This document shows positions 7,591 through 15,445 of a DNA stretch of 32,000 bases, piece by piece (position 1 is the first letter of the stretch; each line of letters begins with the position of its first letter). This stretch comes from Telmatocola sphagniphila. Lineage in GTDB: Bacteria > Planctomycetota > Planctomycetia > Gemmatales > Gemmataceae. The DNA lies in assembly GCF_018398935.1 (NCBI RefSeq), contig NZ_CP074694.1:4410001-4442000 (forward strand), read 5' to 3'. The position numbers and the translations under genes are program-made. The notes under the pieces were generated by a model. That model was not told the DNA's origin. It ran no database searches and worked only from the letters and a program-made list of their open reading frames with translations.

Positions 7591-8883
7591 CTATTCCGTG
7601 TACAACTTCTCAAAATCCTGCCAAAAACCCGGGTAGGTCTTGGCCACGCACCCGGGATTTTTGATTCGCATCCCCGGGCTGCGTAAACCTAGAAGCGCCA
7701 AGCTCATGGCCATGCGATGATCGTTGTAGGTGTTGAACCTCGTAGCTCGGAACTTCTCAACGGGGTATATCGTCAGGCCCTCTTTCCAGATTTCCACTTC
7801 CACGCCGGCTCGTCGTAATTCGTTCCCGATGGCCTCGATGCGATCGGTTTCCTTGTGGCGGATATGCTCCACATTGCGGATCTCGGTTTCCTTGTCCGCA
7901 TAGCAGGCGACCACGGCCAACGTCATCACCGTATCGCTGATCGCATTCATATCGATGTCGATGCCGTGCAGTTTTCCGCCGGTCACCGTGATGCCCGCCG
8001 GGTCTTTCTCGACCTGACAGCCCATTTCCGCCAGCGCGTCGGCGAATTTGATATCGCCCTGCAGACTCTGTTCGTTCAGCCCTTCGACGCGAACCGTACC
8101 GCCGGTGATGGCCGCGGCCGCGAAGAAGTAGCTGGCCGAGGAAGCATCGGGCTCGACGTCGATCACTTGGCAATTCAACTTTTGATTGCCGGGAATTCCA
8201 AACCGCCCACTCGTTGAAGTATCGATTTGAATACCGTTCTGCTGAAGCATCGCAACCGTCATCTGGATGTAGGGTTCGGAAACGATTTCCCCTTCCAATT
8301 CGAGAATCGAATCGCCCTGCGCAAACGGCAGCACCATCAGAAGGGCCGAGACGAACTGGCTGCTTAACTCGGCGTTCAGCTTGGCGTGACCGCCCTTTAG
8401 TCCCCTGGCATTCAACAGAACCGGCGGGCAACCACTTTGGGTTTCGCTGACGGCATCGACGTTCAATTGCTTCAGACAATCGAGGAGATCCTGAATCGGC
8501 CGTTCGCGCATGCGGGCGATGCCATCCAGTCGAAACCGACCTTGACCCAGCGAGCAGAGGGCCGTCAGGAACCGCATGGAGGTCCCCGAGTTGCCGATGA
8601 ATAGTTCTGCATCTTTTTTCAGAGAATCGGCGGTCGACTTCACGGAAATTCGGTTGACCGGCCAGTCGGTCTCTACGAGGTAGCGGAGCTTCTGAAGGGA
8701 GTCGACCATCACTTCGGTGTCTTCGCTGCGCAGTGCGTTGGTCACCGCGCAATCGCCACTCAGCGCCGCCAGAATCAGAGCCCGATTGGTGATACTTTTG
8801 GAGCCGGGCACACGCAGAGTGAGTTTCGCCGGGTGGTGCAGCGGGCGAATATCCAGTGCCTGGGGATAGACAAACTCACTCAT
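7591..8883 (-). CDS. aroA: 3-phosphoshikimate 1-carboxyvinyltransferase (EPSP synthase)
   Basis: LRVPGSKSITNRALILAAL, GNSGTSMRFL, and the full length of 430 aa are typical of EPSP synthase. ATG at 8883; overlaps the truA stop by 8 nt. Confidence 0.95.
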   Translation of the reverse strand: MSEFVYPQALDIRPLHHPAKLTLRVPGSKSITNRALILAALSGDCAVTNALRSEDTEVMVDSLQKLRYLVETDWPVNRISVKSTADSLKKDAELFIGNSGTSMRFLTALCSLGQGRFRLDGIARMRERPIQDLLDCLKQLNVDAVSETQSGCPPVLLNARGLKGGHAKLNAELSSQFVSALLMVLPFAQGDSILELEGEIVSEPYIQMTVAMLQQNGIQIDTSTSGRFGIPGNQKLNCQVIDVEPDASSASYFFAAAAITGGTVRVEGLNEQSLQGDIKFADALAEMGCQVEKDPAGITVTGGKLHGIDIDMNAISDTVMTLAVVACYADKETEIRNVEHIRHKETDRIEAIGNELRRAGVEVEIWKEGLTIYPVEKFRATRFNTYNDHRMAMSLALLGLRSPGMRIKNPGCVAKTYPGFWQDFEKLYTE

Positions 8884-9613
8884 AAGAAACTCGCATCAGG
8901 TAGAGCCCTTCGGGGGGTGCGGTCGGCCCCGCTTCCATGCGATCCTGAGCTTCCAGGATTTTCTTCACGCAATCGACCGGCCAGCGATCCCGGCCAATCT
9001 GGATCAGGGTGCCGACTATGGAACGGACCATGTTATAAAGAAACCCATCGGCTTCGATATCGACCCAGATGAATTCCCCTACCCGGTTCACGGAAATGTG
9101 CAGGATAGTGCGAATGCTGGTATTGCGGTTAGGCCAGTTGGTTTCGAAGCTGTGAAAGTCGTGGGTGCCGAGAAAAGCCTTGCAAGCCTCGGCCATTTTA
9201 CGGGCATCGAGCCGATGCTTGCAGCGGAAGGCATACTTCCGCATAAAGGGATTTTTCAGCGGGCTATCGAGAATGATGTAGCGATACAGCTTACGTACGG
9301 CGTGCCGGGACGAATCGAACGAGTAATCGACTTCGCTCGCCTCGCGAATGCAAATATCTTCAGGAAGCTTGGTAGTGACGGCCCGCAAAAAAGCGTCCGG
9401 AGTAAGCCGACTCGAAGTCCGAAAATTGGCGACCTGGCCGACGGCGTGCACCCCGGCATCAGTCCGGCCACTGCCTAAAACGTGAACTTTCTCGCCCGTG
9501 ATTTCCTTGATCGCGTTCTCGAGCGTTTCCTGCACGGTCCGACAGTCGGGCTGGGTTTGCCAGCCCTTGAAGTCGGTTCCATCGTAGCTCAGAACGAATT
9601 TGATGTTCCGCAT
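8876..9613 (-). CDS. truA: tRNA pseudouridine(38-40) synthase
   Basis: N-terminus IKFVLSYDGTDFKGWQTQP and catalytic GSGRTDAGVHA. 245 aa, ATG at 9613. Confidence 0.95.
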   Translation of the reverse strand: MRNIKFVLSYDGTDFKGWQTQPDCRTVQETLENAIKEITGEKVHVLGSGRTDAGVHAVGQVANFRTSSRLTPDAFLRAVTTKLPEDICIREASEVDYSFDSSRHAVRKLYRYIILDSPLKNPFMRKYAFRCKHRLDARKMAEACKAFLGTHDFHSFETNWPNRNTSIRTILHISVNRVGEFIWVDIEADGFLYNMVRSIVGTLIQIGRDRWPVDCVKKILEAQDRMEAGPTAPPEGLYLMRVSYE

Positions 9614-9620
9614 CGCCGCT

Positions 9621-10637
9621 TCATTTCACGATTCCGCGGCGGATCAATTCCTCGGCGACTTGAACCGCGTTGGAGGCCGCGCCTTTTCGCAGGTTATCGG
9701 CCACGACCCAGAGGTTAAGGGCGTTGATATTTCCCGGATCTTGACGCACCCGGCCGACAAACGTGTGATCCGATCCGGTGGCGTGCACCGGCTGAGGGAA
9801 TTCGCCCTTGAGCTCATCCATCAGAATCACGCCGGGGGCCGTCGCCAGCGCGGCCTTGGCCTGCTCGACCGAGATCGGTTCGAAGAATTCGACATTGATC
9901 GATTCGCTATGGCTGATTTTCACCGGCACGCGCACACAGGTCGGGGAAATGCCGATCTGGCTGTCTCCGAGGATCTTGTGCGTCTCGTTGATGACCTTGT
10001 TCTCTTCCTCGGTGTAGCCGTTGGGATCGAGCGTCCAGTCGAGCGTCACGACGTTCCCGGCCAGTTGAGCGCGGTGAGCCGTCGGCTTGGGGACGCTTTC
10101 GCCGCGGACCCACGGCCCGAGTTGTGCATCGAAATCGGCGAGTCCCTTGGCCCCTTTGCCGGAGGAGGACTGATAGGTGGAGATAATGATGCGCTTGATG
10201 CGCGAAATTTTTTGTAAGGGTTTCAGGGCAACGCACAAGGGAATGGCCACGCAGTTGGGGTTGGCGACGATTCCCTTGGGGATGTGGTCGAGCTCTTCGG
10301 GATTGACTTCCGGCACCACGAGGGGAACCTGCGGATCCATACGCCAGGCCGAGGAGTTATCGACCACTATCGCGCCATGTCGGGCGGCGATCGGGCTCAT
10401 TTCCTTGCTGACGGAAGACGGCGTGCTCGAAAGAACGATCTGCACCCCGGCGAACGCTTCGGGACGGATCAGTTGAACGGTATGTTTCTCGCAGGCGAAC
10501 TCGATCTGTTTACCGGCCGATTTCTCGGAAGCCAGGAATTTGATCGATTTCAGAGGGAATTGACGTTCCAGAAGGACCCTTCGCATCAACTCGCCTACCG
10601 CACCGGTAGCGCCGACAACCGCCACGTTCACAGACAC
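9621..10637 (-). CDS. asd: Aspartate-semialdehyde dehydrogenase
   Basis: VAVVGATGAVG Rossmann N-terminus, active-site region ANPNCVAIP, 338 aa. GTG start with AGAGGTG upstream. Gap of 7 nt to truA. Confidence 0.93.
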   Translation of the reverse strand: MSVNVAVVGATGAVGELMRRVLLERQFPLKSIKFLASEKSAGKQIEFACEKHTVQLIRPEAFAGVQIVLSSTPSSVSKEMSPIAARHGAIVVDNSSAWRMDPQVPLVVPEVNPEELDHIPKGIVANPNCVAIPLCVALKPLQKISRIKRIIISTYQSSSGKGAKGLADFDAQLGPWVRGESVPKPTAHRAQLAGNVVTLDWTLDPNGYTEEENKVINETHKILGDSQIGISPTCVRVPVKISHSESINVEFFEPISVEQAKAALATAPGVILMDELKGEFPQPVHATGSDHTFVGRVRQDPGNINALNLWVVADNLRKGAASNAVQVAEELIRRGIVK

Positions 10638-10794
10638 GTTCGCACCTCTTGGAAATTATGCGGGCGAAGAGTTTATCTTAGAGGAAAAGTCCGATTTGTC
10701 TGAGGCAAGGTTCGCGTTCGGAGAGCGCAATACAGGATTGAGGCGGTCTATTTGGAAGGAAGCTGGGCTGAGCGATAAAAGTAGTGGCCGCCGG

Positions 10795-11022
10795 TCAGAT
10801 GCGGTAGACCTTCAGGCGGTTCAGAAGCTTGCGGGTGCCCAAGTGGCTTCGCACGGCTTCCTGGGCAGCCTGCTTGGCGGTGTAGCTGGGAACCGATCCT
10901 TGCAAAACCACTTGATCTTCCGATTCCTCTACCAGGACATCGGTGCTTTCGACAACGGTTTCGCGAAGAACTTTTAGGATGGCGCTGTCGGAGGTGGTTG
11001 GTAAAAAGGTTGCCGCGTTCAT
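10795..11022 (-). CDS. Small BON-domain-like protein
   Basis: I prefer the ATG at 11022, with AGGAG 7 nt upstream; the tracked start at 11061 adds 13 aa. The sequence VLVEESEDQVVLQGSVPSYTAKQAAQEAVRSHLGTRKLLNRLKV fits the BON pattern (V-x-L-x-G-x-V ... A ... G ... V-x-N-x-L-x-V). Confidence 0.6.
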   Translation of the reverse strand: MNAATFLPTTSDSAILKVLRETVVESTDVLVEESEDQVVLQGSVPSYTAKQAAQEAVRSHLGTRKLLNRLKVYRI

Positions 11023-11443
11023 GGTGAAACTCCTAGTGAAGAACGGCCGGTTTAATTGCAAGCCTTTGCGTAAACCGTATTACCCAACCTTCGCAATTGA
11101 CGTTACTATCGGCAAAATGGGATAAGCAACTGTATTGCGTAGTCGGAAAAGTAATAACTTTCAGATTAGAACGCGCCTATTGCGGGAACGCAATTGCAAT
11201 TTGGCGGAATCTGAATGAATTTATGGAAAAAAGGGGATGGGCGGACAATAGGGGTTATAGGACTACGCTGGTGCTCGTTAAAGGCGGCAAAAAAGAGGCC
11301 TGCTGATTGCTGGATGCTCGGCCACCCGGTAGTGGAGATGCAGATTCGATTTGCTTGAAGATTCCCACCAGTTCTATTAAAACAATCTCAAATTCAATTT
11401 ATCTTCGTAGCTTTTTCCATCAGTTTTTTTCGGGGAGTTAGCC

Positions 11444-12979
11444 ATGAGATACCCACTCTTATGTTTGGCCTTATTATTCAATTTGTTCGCCTGCGTCGCC
11501 TTCGCTCAGGACGATGCCGTTGCCAAAAATCTCGATGCGGCCAAGGATCGCTACGACAAGGCACTGCGGGAGTGGTACACCTCGGTTAGCAATTGGCTCG
11601 ACCAGCGTGAGGAAGCAGCCCGAAAAGAAAGCAACAATAAGACGGCCGAGTTGATCAAGTTGGATCGACAAGCTTTTCTGGACAAAGATGAAACTCCCGA
11701 ATCATTACCGAATCCCCTCAAACAGGATATTTCCGACGCACGCAAGACTTTGATCGCGGCCTACGAAACGGCCATCAAAGAGTATACTAAAGCCTCTAAA
11801 GATACCGAAGCCACGGCCGTCGAGAAAGAACTGGCCGCATTCAAAGCGAAGATCGCGGTCAGTAATGGAGACCCCCTCCGTCGCAAGCTCAACGCAGCCA
11901 AGGCGACTTACATCTCCGAAATGGAAAAGTATCTGAACGCATCCCGGGACTGGTTCGAGCATCGGGAAGAGGCGGCTCGAAAAGACGGTAACAAAAAGCT
12001 CGTAGATCAGATAAAAGCCGAGTGGCTGCTTTTCCATGATAAGGGTGACTTGCCCAAATCGGCTCAGCCTCCTTTGAGCTTAAAAGCCAAGTCGCTCCGC
12101 ACGGCCCTGGAGAACAGCTTCACGTCGGTCGTGAAAGAGTACAAGAAACTCAAGAAGGACGAACTGGCGACTGCGGCCGAGAAGGAGCTAAAGGAAGTTG
12201 CGAATTGGAAGCTGACGGTAGAGGCGGTGGCTGCGATCACGCGGGAAAACAACGAGGAAAAGATCCAGAAACAGTTGCGAGAGGAGATGAAACCGGCGGT
12301 TAAATTGCCCGAAGGTTACAAACTAGTTTGGAATGACGAATTCGACGGGACGAAAGTAGACGTTGAGAAATGGAATTTAAAAAGAGATAATTGGGTCGGA
12401 CATCCGGTATCAAAAGATTCGATCTACCTGGATGGTAAGGGGCACATGATTCTGGAAATTAAGAAAATCAATCAGGCCGTGTTCGGCGGTTTAGCGATGT
12501 CTAATGGCAAATGGAAATATGGTTACTTCGAAACACGAATGCGAACCCAACAATTGAAAGGCCATTTTGCAGACTTTGCTTTACTAGGAGATCGTGTGGG
12601 ATGGATTAGCATCTTTCACTATGTAAAAGCTCCTGAGGAACCGATTGGTGGTAAGACTATTCAGTTCAGCCATGCTAATGGTGGAACAACCAATTTTGTA
12701 CCCAAGCTCGAAACTTATCTCAAGCAAATTTCCAGTATAAAGGCATTTCAAGGGATTGGAGAAGATTACCATATTCATTCTCTTCTCTGGACGGAAAAGG
12801 AATGCGTTTTCTACCTGAATGGCATTGAAATTCTTCGGGCACATGACCCCAAAATTAACGATGAATTGGCTATCGAACTGCTACTTTCGGAAGACAGGAA
12901 CGATCTTGCAGCACAAGACAATCGTAAGCCTCCCTATCTGATGTCAGTCGACTACGTGCGGGTTTTTCAGAAGCCCTGA
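11444..12979 (+). CDS. Secreted protein: signal peptide, two ~115-aa helical repeats, and a C-terminal GH16-like (concanavalin-A-like glucanase/lectin fold) domain
   Basis: Signal peptide MRYPLLCLALLFNLFACVAFAQ. Internal repeats share L-x-AAK..Y...REEAARK...KEY.K..KD..AT..EKEL. The C-terminal YKLVWNDEFDGTKVD..KW ... KWKYGYFETRMR resembles the GH16 family signature, but the catalytic motif position reads WISIFH. Confidence 0.8.
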   Translation: MRYPLLCLALLFNLFACVAFAQDDAVAKNLDAAKDRYDKALREWYTSVSNWLDQREEAARKESNNKTAELIKLDRQAFLDKDETPESLPNPLKQDISDARKTLIAAYETAIKEYTKASKDTEATAVEKELAAFKAKIAVSNGDPLRRKLNAAKATYISEMEKYLNASRDWFEHREEAARKDGNKKLVDQIKAEWLLFHDKGDLPKSAQPPLSLKAKSLRTALENSFTSVVKEYKKLKKDELATAAEKELKEVANWKLTVEAVAAITRENNEEKIQKQLREEMKPAVKLPEGYKLVWNDEFDGTKVDVEKWNLKRDNWVGHPVSKDSIYLDGKGHMILEIKKINQAVFGGLAMSNGKWKYGYFETRMRTQQLKGHFADFALLGDRVGWISIFHYVKAPEEPIGGKTIQFSHANGGTTNFVPKLETYLKQISSIKAFQGIGEDYHIHSLLWTEKECVFYLNGIEILRAHDPKINDELAIELLLSEDRNDLAAQDNRKPPYLMSVDYVRVFQKP

Positions 12980-13015
12980 GCAATAAATGGGAGGGGGCGC
13001 TGAATTGGGAATGAC

Positions 13016-13034
13016 GCACTGGCGGAGCCAGTGC
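13016..13034 (+). terminator. Candidate stem-loop downstream of paralog 1 (GCACTGGC-gga-GCCAGTGC)
   Basis: Perfect 8-bp stem with a 3-nt loop, 37 nt after the stop. A T5 run follows only after 10 nt, so it is not a canonical intrinsic terminator. Confidence 0.3.
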
Positions 13035-13138
13035 CACGCAAAGTCTTTTTGGTTAATAGGTTATGACTATTATTCGTGTACACTGGCATAGCCATTGGCA
13101 CGCAACTTTTTTCATCAGTTTTTTTCGGGGAGTTAGCC

Positions 13139-14673
13139 ATGAGATACCCACTCTTATGTTTGGCCTTATTATTCAATTTGTTCGCCTGCGTTGCCTTCGC
13201 TCAGGACGATGCCGTTGCCAAAAATCTCGATGCGGCCAAAGATCGCTACGACAAGGCACTGCGGGAGTGGTACACCTCGGTTAGCAATTGGCTCGACCAG
13301 CGCGAGGAAGCAGCCCGAAAAGAAAGCAACAATAAGACGGCCGAGTTGATCAAGTTGGATCGACAAGCTTTTCTGGACAAAGATGAAACTCCCGAATCAT
13401 TACCGAATCCCCTCAAACAGGATATTTCCGACGCACGCAAGACTTTGATCGCGGCCTACGAAACGGCCATCAAAGAGTATACTAAAGCCTCTAAAGATAC
13501 CGAAGCCACGGCCGTCGAGAAAGAACTGGCCGCATTCAAAGCGAAGATCGCGGTCAGTAATGGAGACCCCTCCGTCGCAAGCTCAACGCAGCCAAGGCGA
13601 CTTACATCTCCGAAATGGAAAAGTATCTGAACGCATCCCGGGACTGGTTCGAGCATCGGGAAGAGGCGGCTCGAAAAGACGGTAACAAAAAGCTCGTAGA
13701 TCAGATAAAAGCCGAGTGGCTGCTTTTCCATGATAAGGGTGACTTGCCCAAATCGGCTCAGCCTCCTTTGAGCTTAAAAGCCAAGTCGCTCCGCACGGCC
13801 CTGGAGAACAGCTTCACGTCGGTCGTGAAAGAGTACAAGAAACTCAAGAAGGACGAACTGGCGACTGCGGCCGAGAAGGAGCTAAAGGAAGTTGCGAATT
13901 GGAAGCTGACGGTAGAGGCGGTGGCTGCGATCACGCGGGAAAACAACGAAGAGAAGATCCAGAAACAGTTGCGAGAGGAGATGAAACCGGCGGTTAAATT
14001 GCCCGAAGGTTACAAACTGGTTTGGAATGACGAATTCGATGGCACCAAAGTGGATGCTAGCAAATGGAACTCGGACAGGGACAATTGGAATGGACTTCCT
14101 CTTTCAAAAGATTCTGTCTATCTGGATGGAAAGGGGCATGCGAATATTGAGTTGAAGCGGGTGAACCAAACACTTTTCGGCGGATGTTTGACTTCAAAAG
14201 TTAAATGGAAATATGGTTATTTCGAAGCGAGGATGAGATCTCAACAACTTGATGGCCACTTTGTGGGCTTATCTTTGTTGAGTGAAGTCACAGATTGCAT
14301 AGATATCTTCCACTACACAAAAGGCGCTGAACAACCCCTTGGTGGAATCGTCCTCAATTCGAGCCAACCTAACATGGGCAAAATTGACTATCTCCCCAAG
14401 TTAGCATCCTATGCCAAGCAAAATACCAAGCTAAAAGCCACTCAAGGACTCGGAGAAGACTACCATATTCACTCTTTACTTTGGACCGAAAAGGAATTCA
14501 TCTTCTACTTGAACGGCATAGAAATTTATAGGACAGAAGCTGTAAAAATTATTAAAGAGTTAAAAGTAGAAATCCTTTTTGATGGAGTTCGATATGACCC
14601 TTCTGGTAATAGCGAGCGCAAGCCTCCCTATCTGACGTCAGTTGACTACGTGCGGGTTTTTCAGAAGCCCTGA
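13139..14673 (+). pseudogene. Paralog 2 of the GH16-like secreted protein, interrupted by a 1-nt deletion (tracked as ORFs 13076..13630 and 13615..14673)
   Basis: Protein identical to paralog 1 up to ...AVSNGDP. The C5 run of copy 1 (11872-11876) is C4 here (13567-13570). This shifts the frame to a TGA at 13628-13630. The correct frame stays open through to 14673. The true start, ATG 13139, matches copy 1. Confidence 0.8.
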
Positions 14674-14709
14674 GCAATAAATGGGAGGGGGCGCTGAATT
14701 GGGAATGAC

Positions 14710-14728
14710 GCACTGGCGGAGCCAGTGC
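14710..14728 (+). terminator. Candidate stem-loop downstream of paralog 2 (identical to 13016-13034)
   Basis: Same GCACTGGC-gga-GCCAGTGC hairpin. A degenerate second copy of the flanking motif (cactggcaGTGCCACGCAAGTCTTTGTTTGGTAATAG) follows at 14775-14811. Confidence 0.3.
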
Positions 14729-14829
14729 CACGCAAAGTCTTTTTGGTTAATAGGTTATGACTATTATTCGTGTACACTGGCAGTGCCACGCAAGTCTTTG
14801 TTTGGTAATAGTTTAAAACTAGATTTCGT

Positions 14830-15441
14830 TCACATCTCGGCGAAGTTTTGCAGCATCTTCAAACCGACGTTTTGACTCTTCTCCGGGTGGAACTGCGTGG
14901 CAAACAGGTTATCCCGCCAGATCGCCGAGGTAAACGGCTTCGGGTAACAGGTCTCGGTGATCGTCAAATCATCTTCCATCGGCTTCACATAATAGGAATG
15001 CACGAAGTAGACATCGGGCTCGGGTGGAAGGCCTTGGAACAACGGACAATTTCGCAGGATCTTGATCTGATTCCAACCCATATGCGGCACTTTTAAGCCC
15101 GGCTCGGCTGCAAAACGCACGACCTCGCCCGGGAAGATATCCAGACCGGCGTGCAGGCCATCCTCGCTACTGCGCGTGAAAAGCATCTGAAAACCTAGGC
15201 AAATGCCCAGAAACAACCGGCCCTCGGCAATATGCTCGTCGATGAGTTGATCGAGCCCCGTTTCGCGCAGCTTGGCGATGGCATCCTTGAAGGCTCCCAC
15301 GCCGGGCAGTACCAGCTTTTCCGCTTCGGCTAACTCATTCAGGTCGGAAGTGACCACCGCCTCGTGCCCGACCCGCTCGAACGCTTTCTGGACACTGCGG
15401 AGATTAGCCATTCCGTAATCGACAATCGCAATTTTCGCCAT
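14830..15441 (-). CDS. hisH: Imidazole glycerol phosphate synthase, glutamine amidotransferase subunit
   Basis: IAIVDYGMANLRSV, LPGVGAF, active-site GICLGFQML, YFVHSY, and FATQFHPEKS. 203 aa. Confidence 0.95.
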   Translation of the reverse strand: MAKIAIVDYGMANLRSVQKAFERVGHEAVVTSDLNELAEAEKLVLPGVGAFKDAIAKLRETGLDQLIDEHIAEGRLFLGICLGFQMLFTRSSEDGLHAGLDIFPGEVVRFAAEPGLKVPHMGWNQIKILRNCPLFQGLPPEPDVYFVHSYYVKPMEDDLTITETCYPKPFTSAIWRDNLFATQFHPEKSQNVGLKMLQNFAEM

Positions 15442-15445
15442 GCTC

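Larger units (their letters stand above)
11411..14782 (+). repeat. Tandem duplication, unit about 1695 bp (two copies), with a mosaic identity profile
   Basis: 11411-12340 matches 13106-14034: offset 1695, then 1694 after a 1-nt indel, with six substitutions found by eye. 12341-12925 versus 14035-14619 is strongly diverged. 12926-13088 matches 14620-14782 with 3 substitutions, all inside the CDS ends. Confidence 0.95.

Noticed and set aside
7757-8752. 331-aa Arg-rich alternative-frame ORF inside aroA, plus small + strand ORFs at 7855..8217 and 8214..8450
   Set aside because: These are typical high-GC off-frame ORFs. The aroA frame carries all the family motifs.
9600-10703. Plus-strand ORFs (9600..10217, 10284..10703 and others) antisense to asd
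   Set aside because: The asd frame is unambiguous. These are GC-driven shadow ORFs.
11097-11306. 69-aa ORF in the 380-nt spacer upstream of paralog 1
   Set aside because: It has no ribosome-binding site, no motifs and an odd composition. I also could not support a convincing promoter call in this spacer.
13076-13138. Tracked start at 13076 for paralog 2, which adds 21 aa (MYTGIAIGTQLFSSVFFGELA)
   Set aside because: Homology with paralog 1 begins only ~33 nt upstream of the ATG at 13139. Paralog 1 starts at the equivalent ATG with an identical leader, so 13139 is the consistent start.
12341-14619. Diversity-generating retroelement as the cause of the diverged C-terminal cassettes
   Set aside because: The differences between the copies involve all four bases rather than adenine-specific changes. 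They also include codon-level indel-like rearrangements. No reverse transcriptase or template repeat is present in the window.
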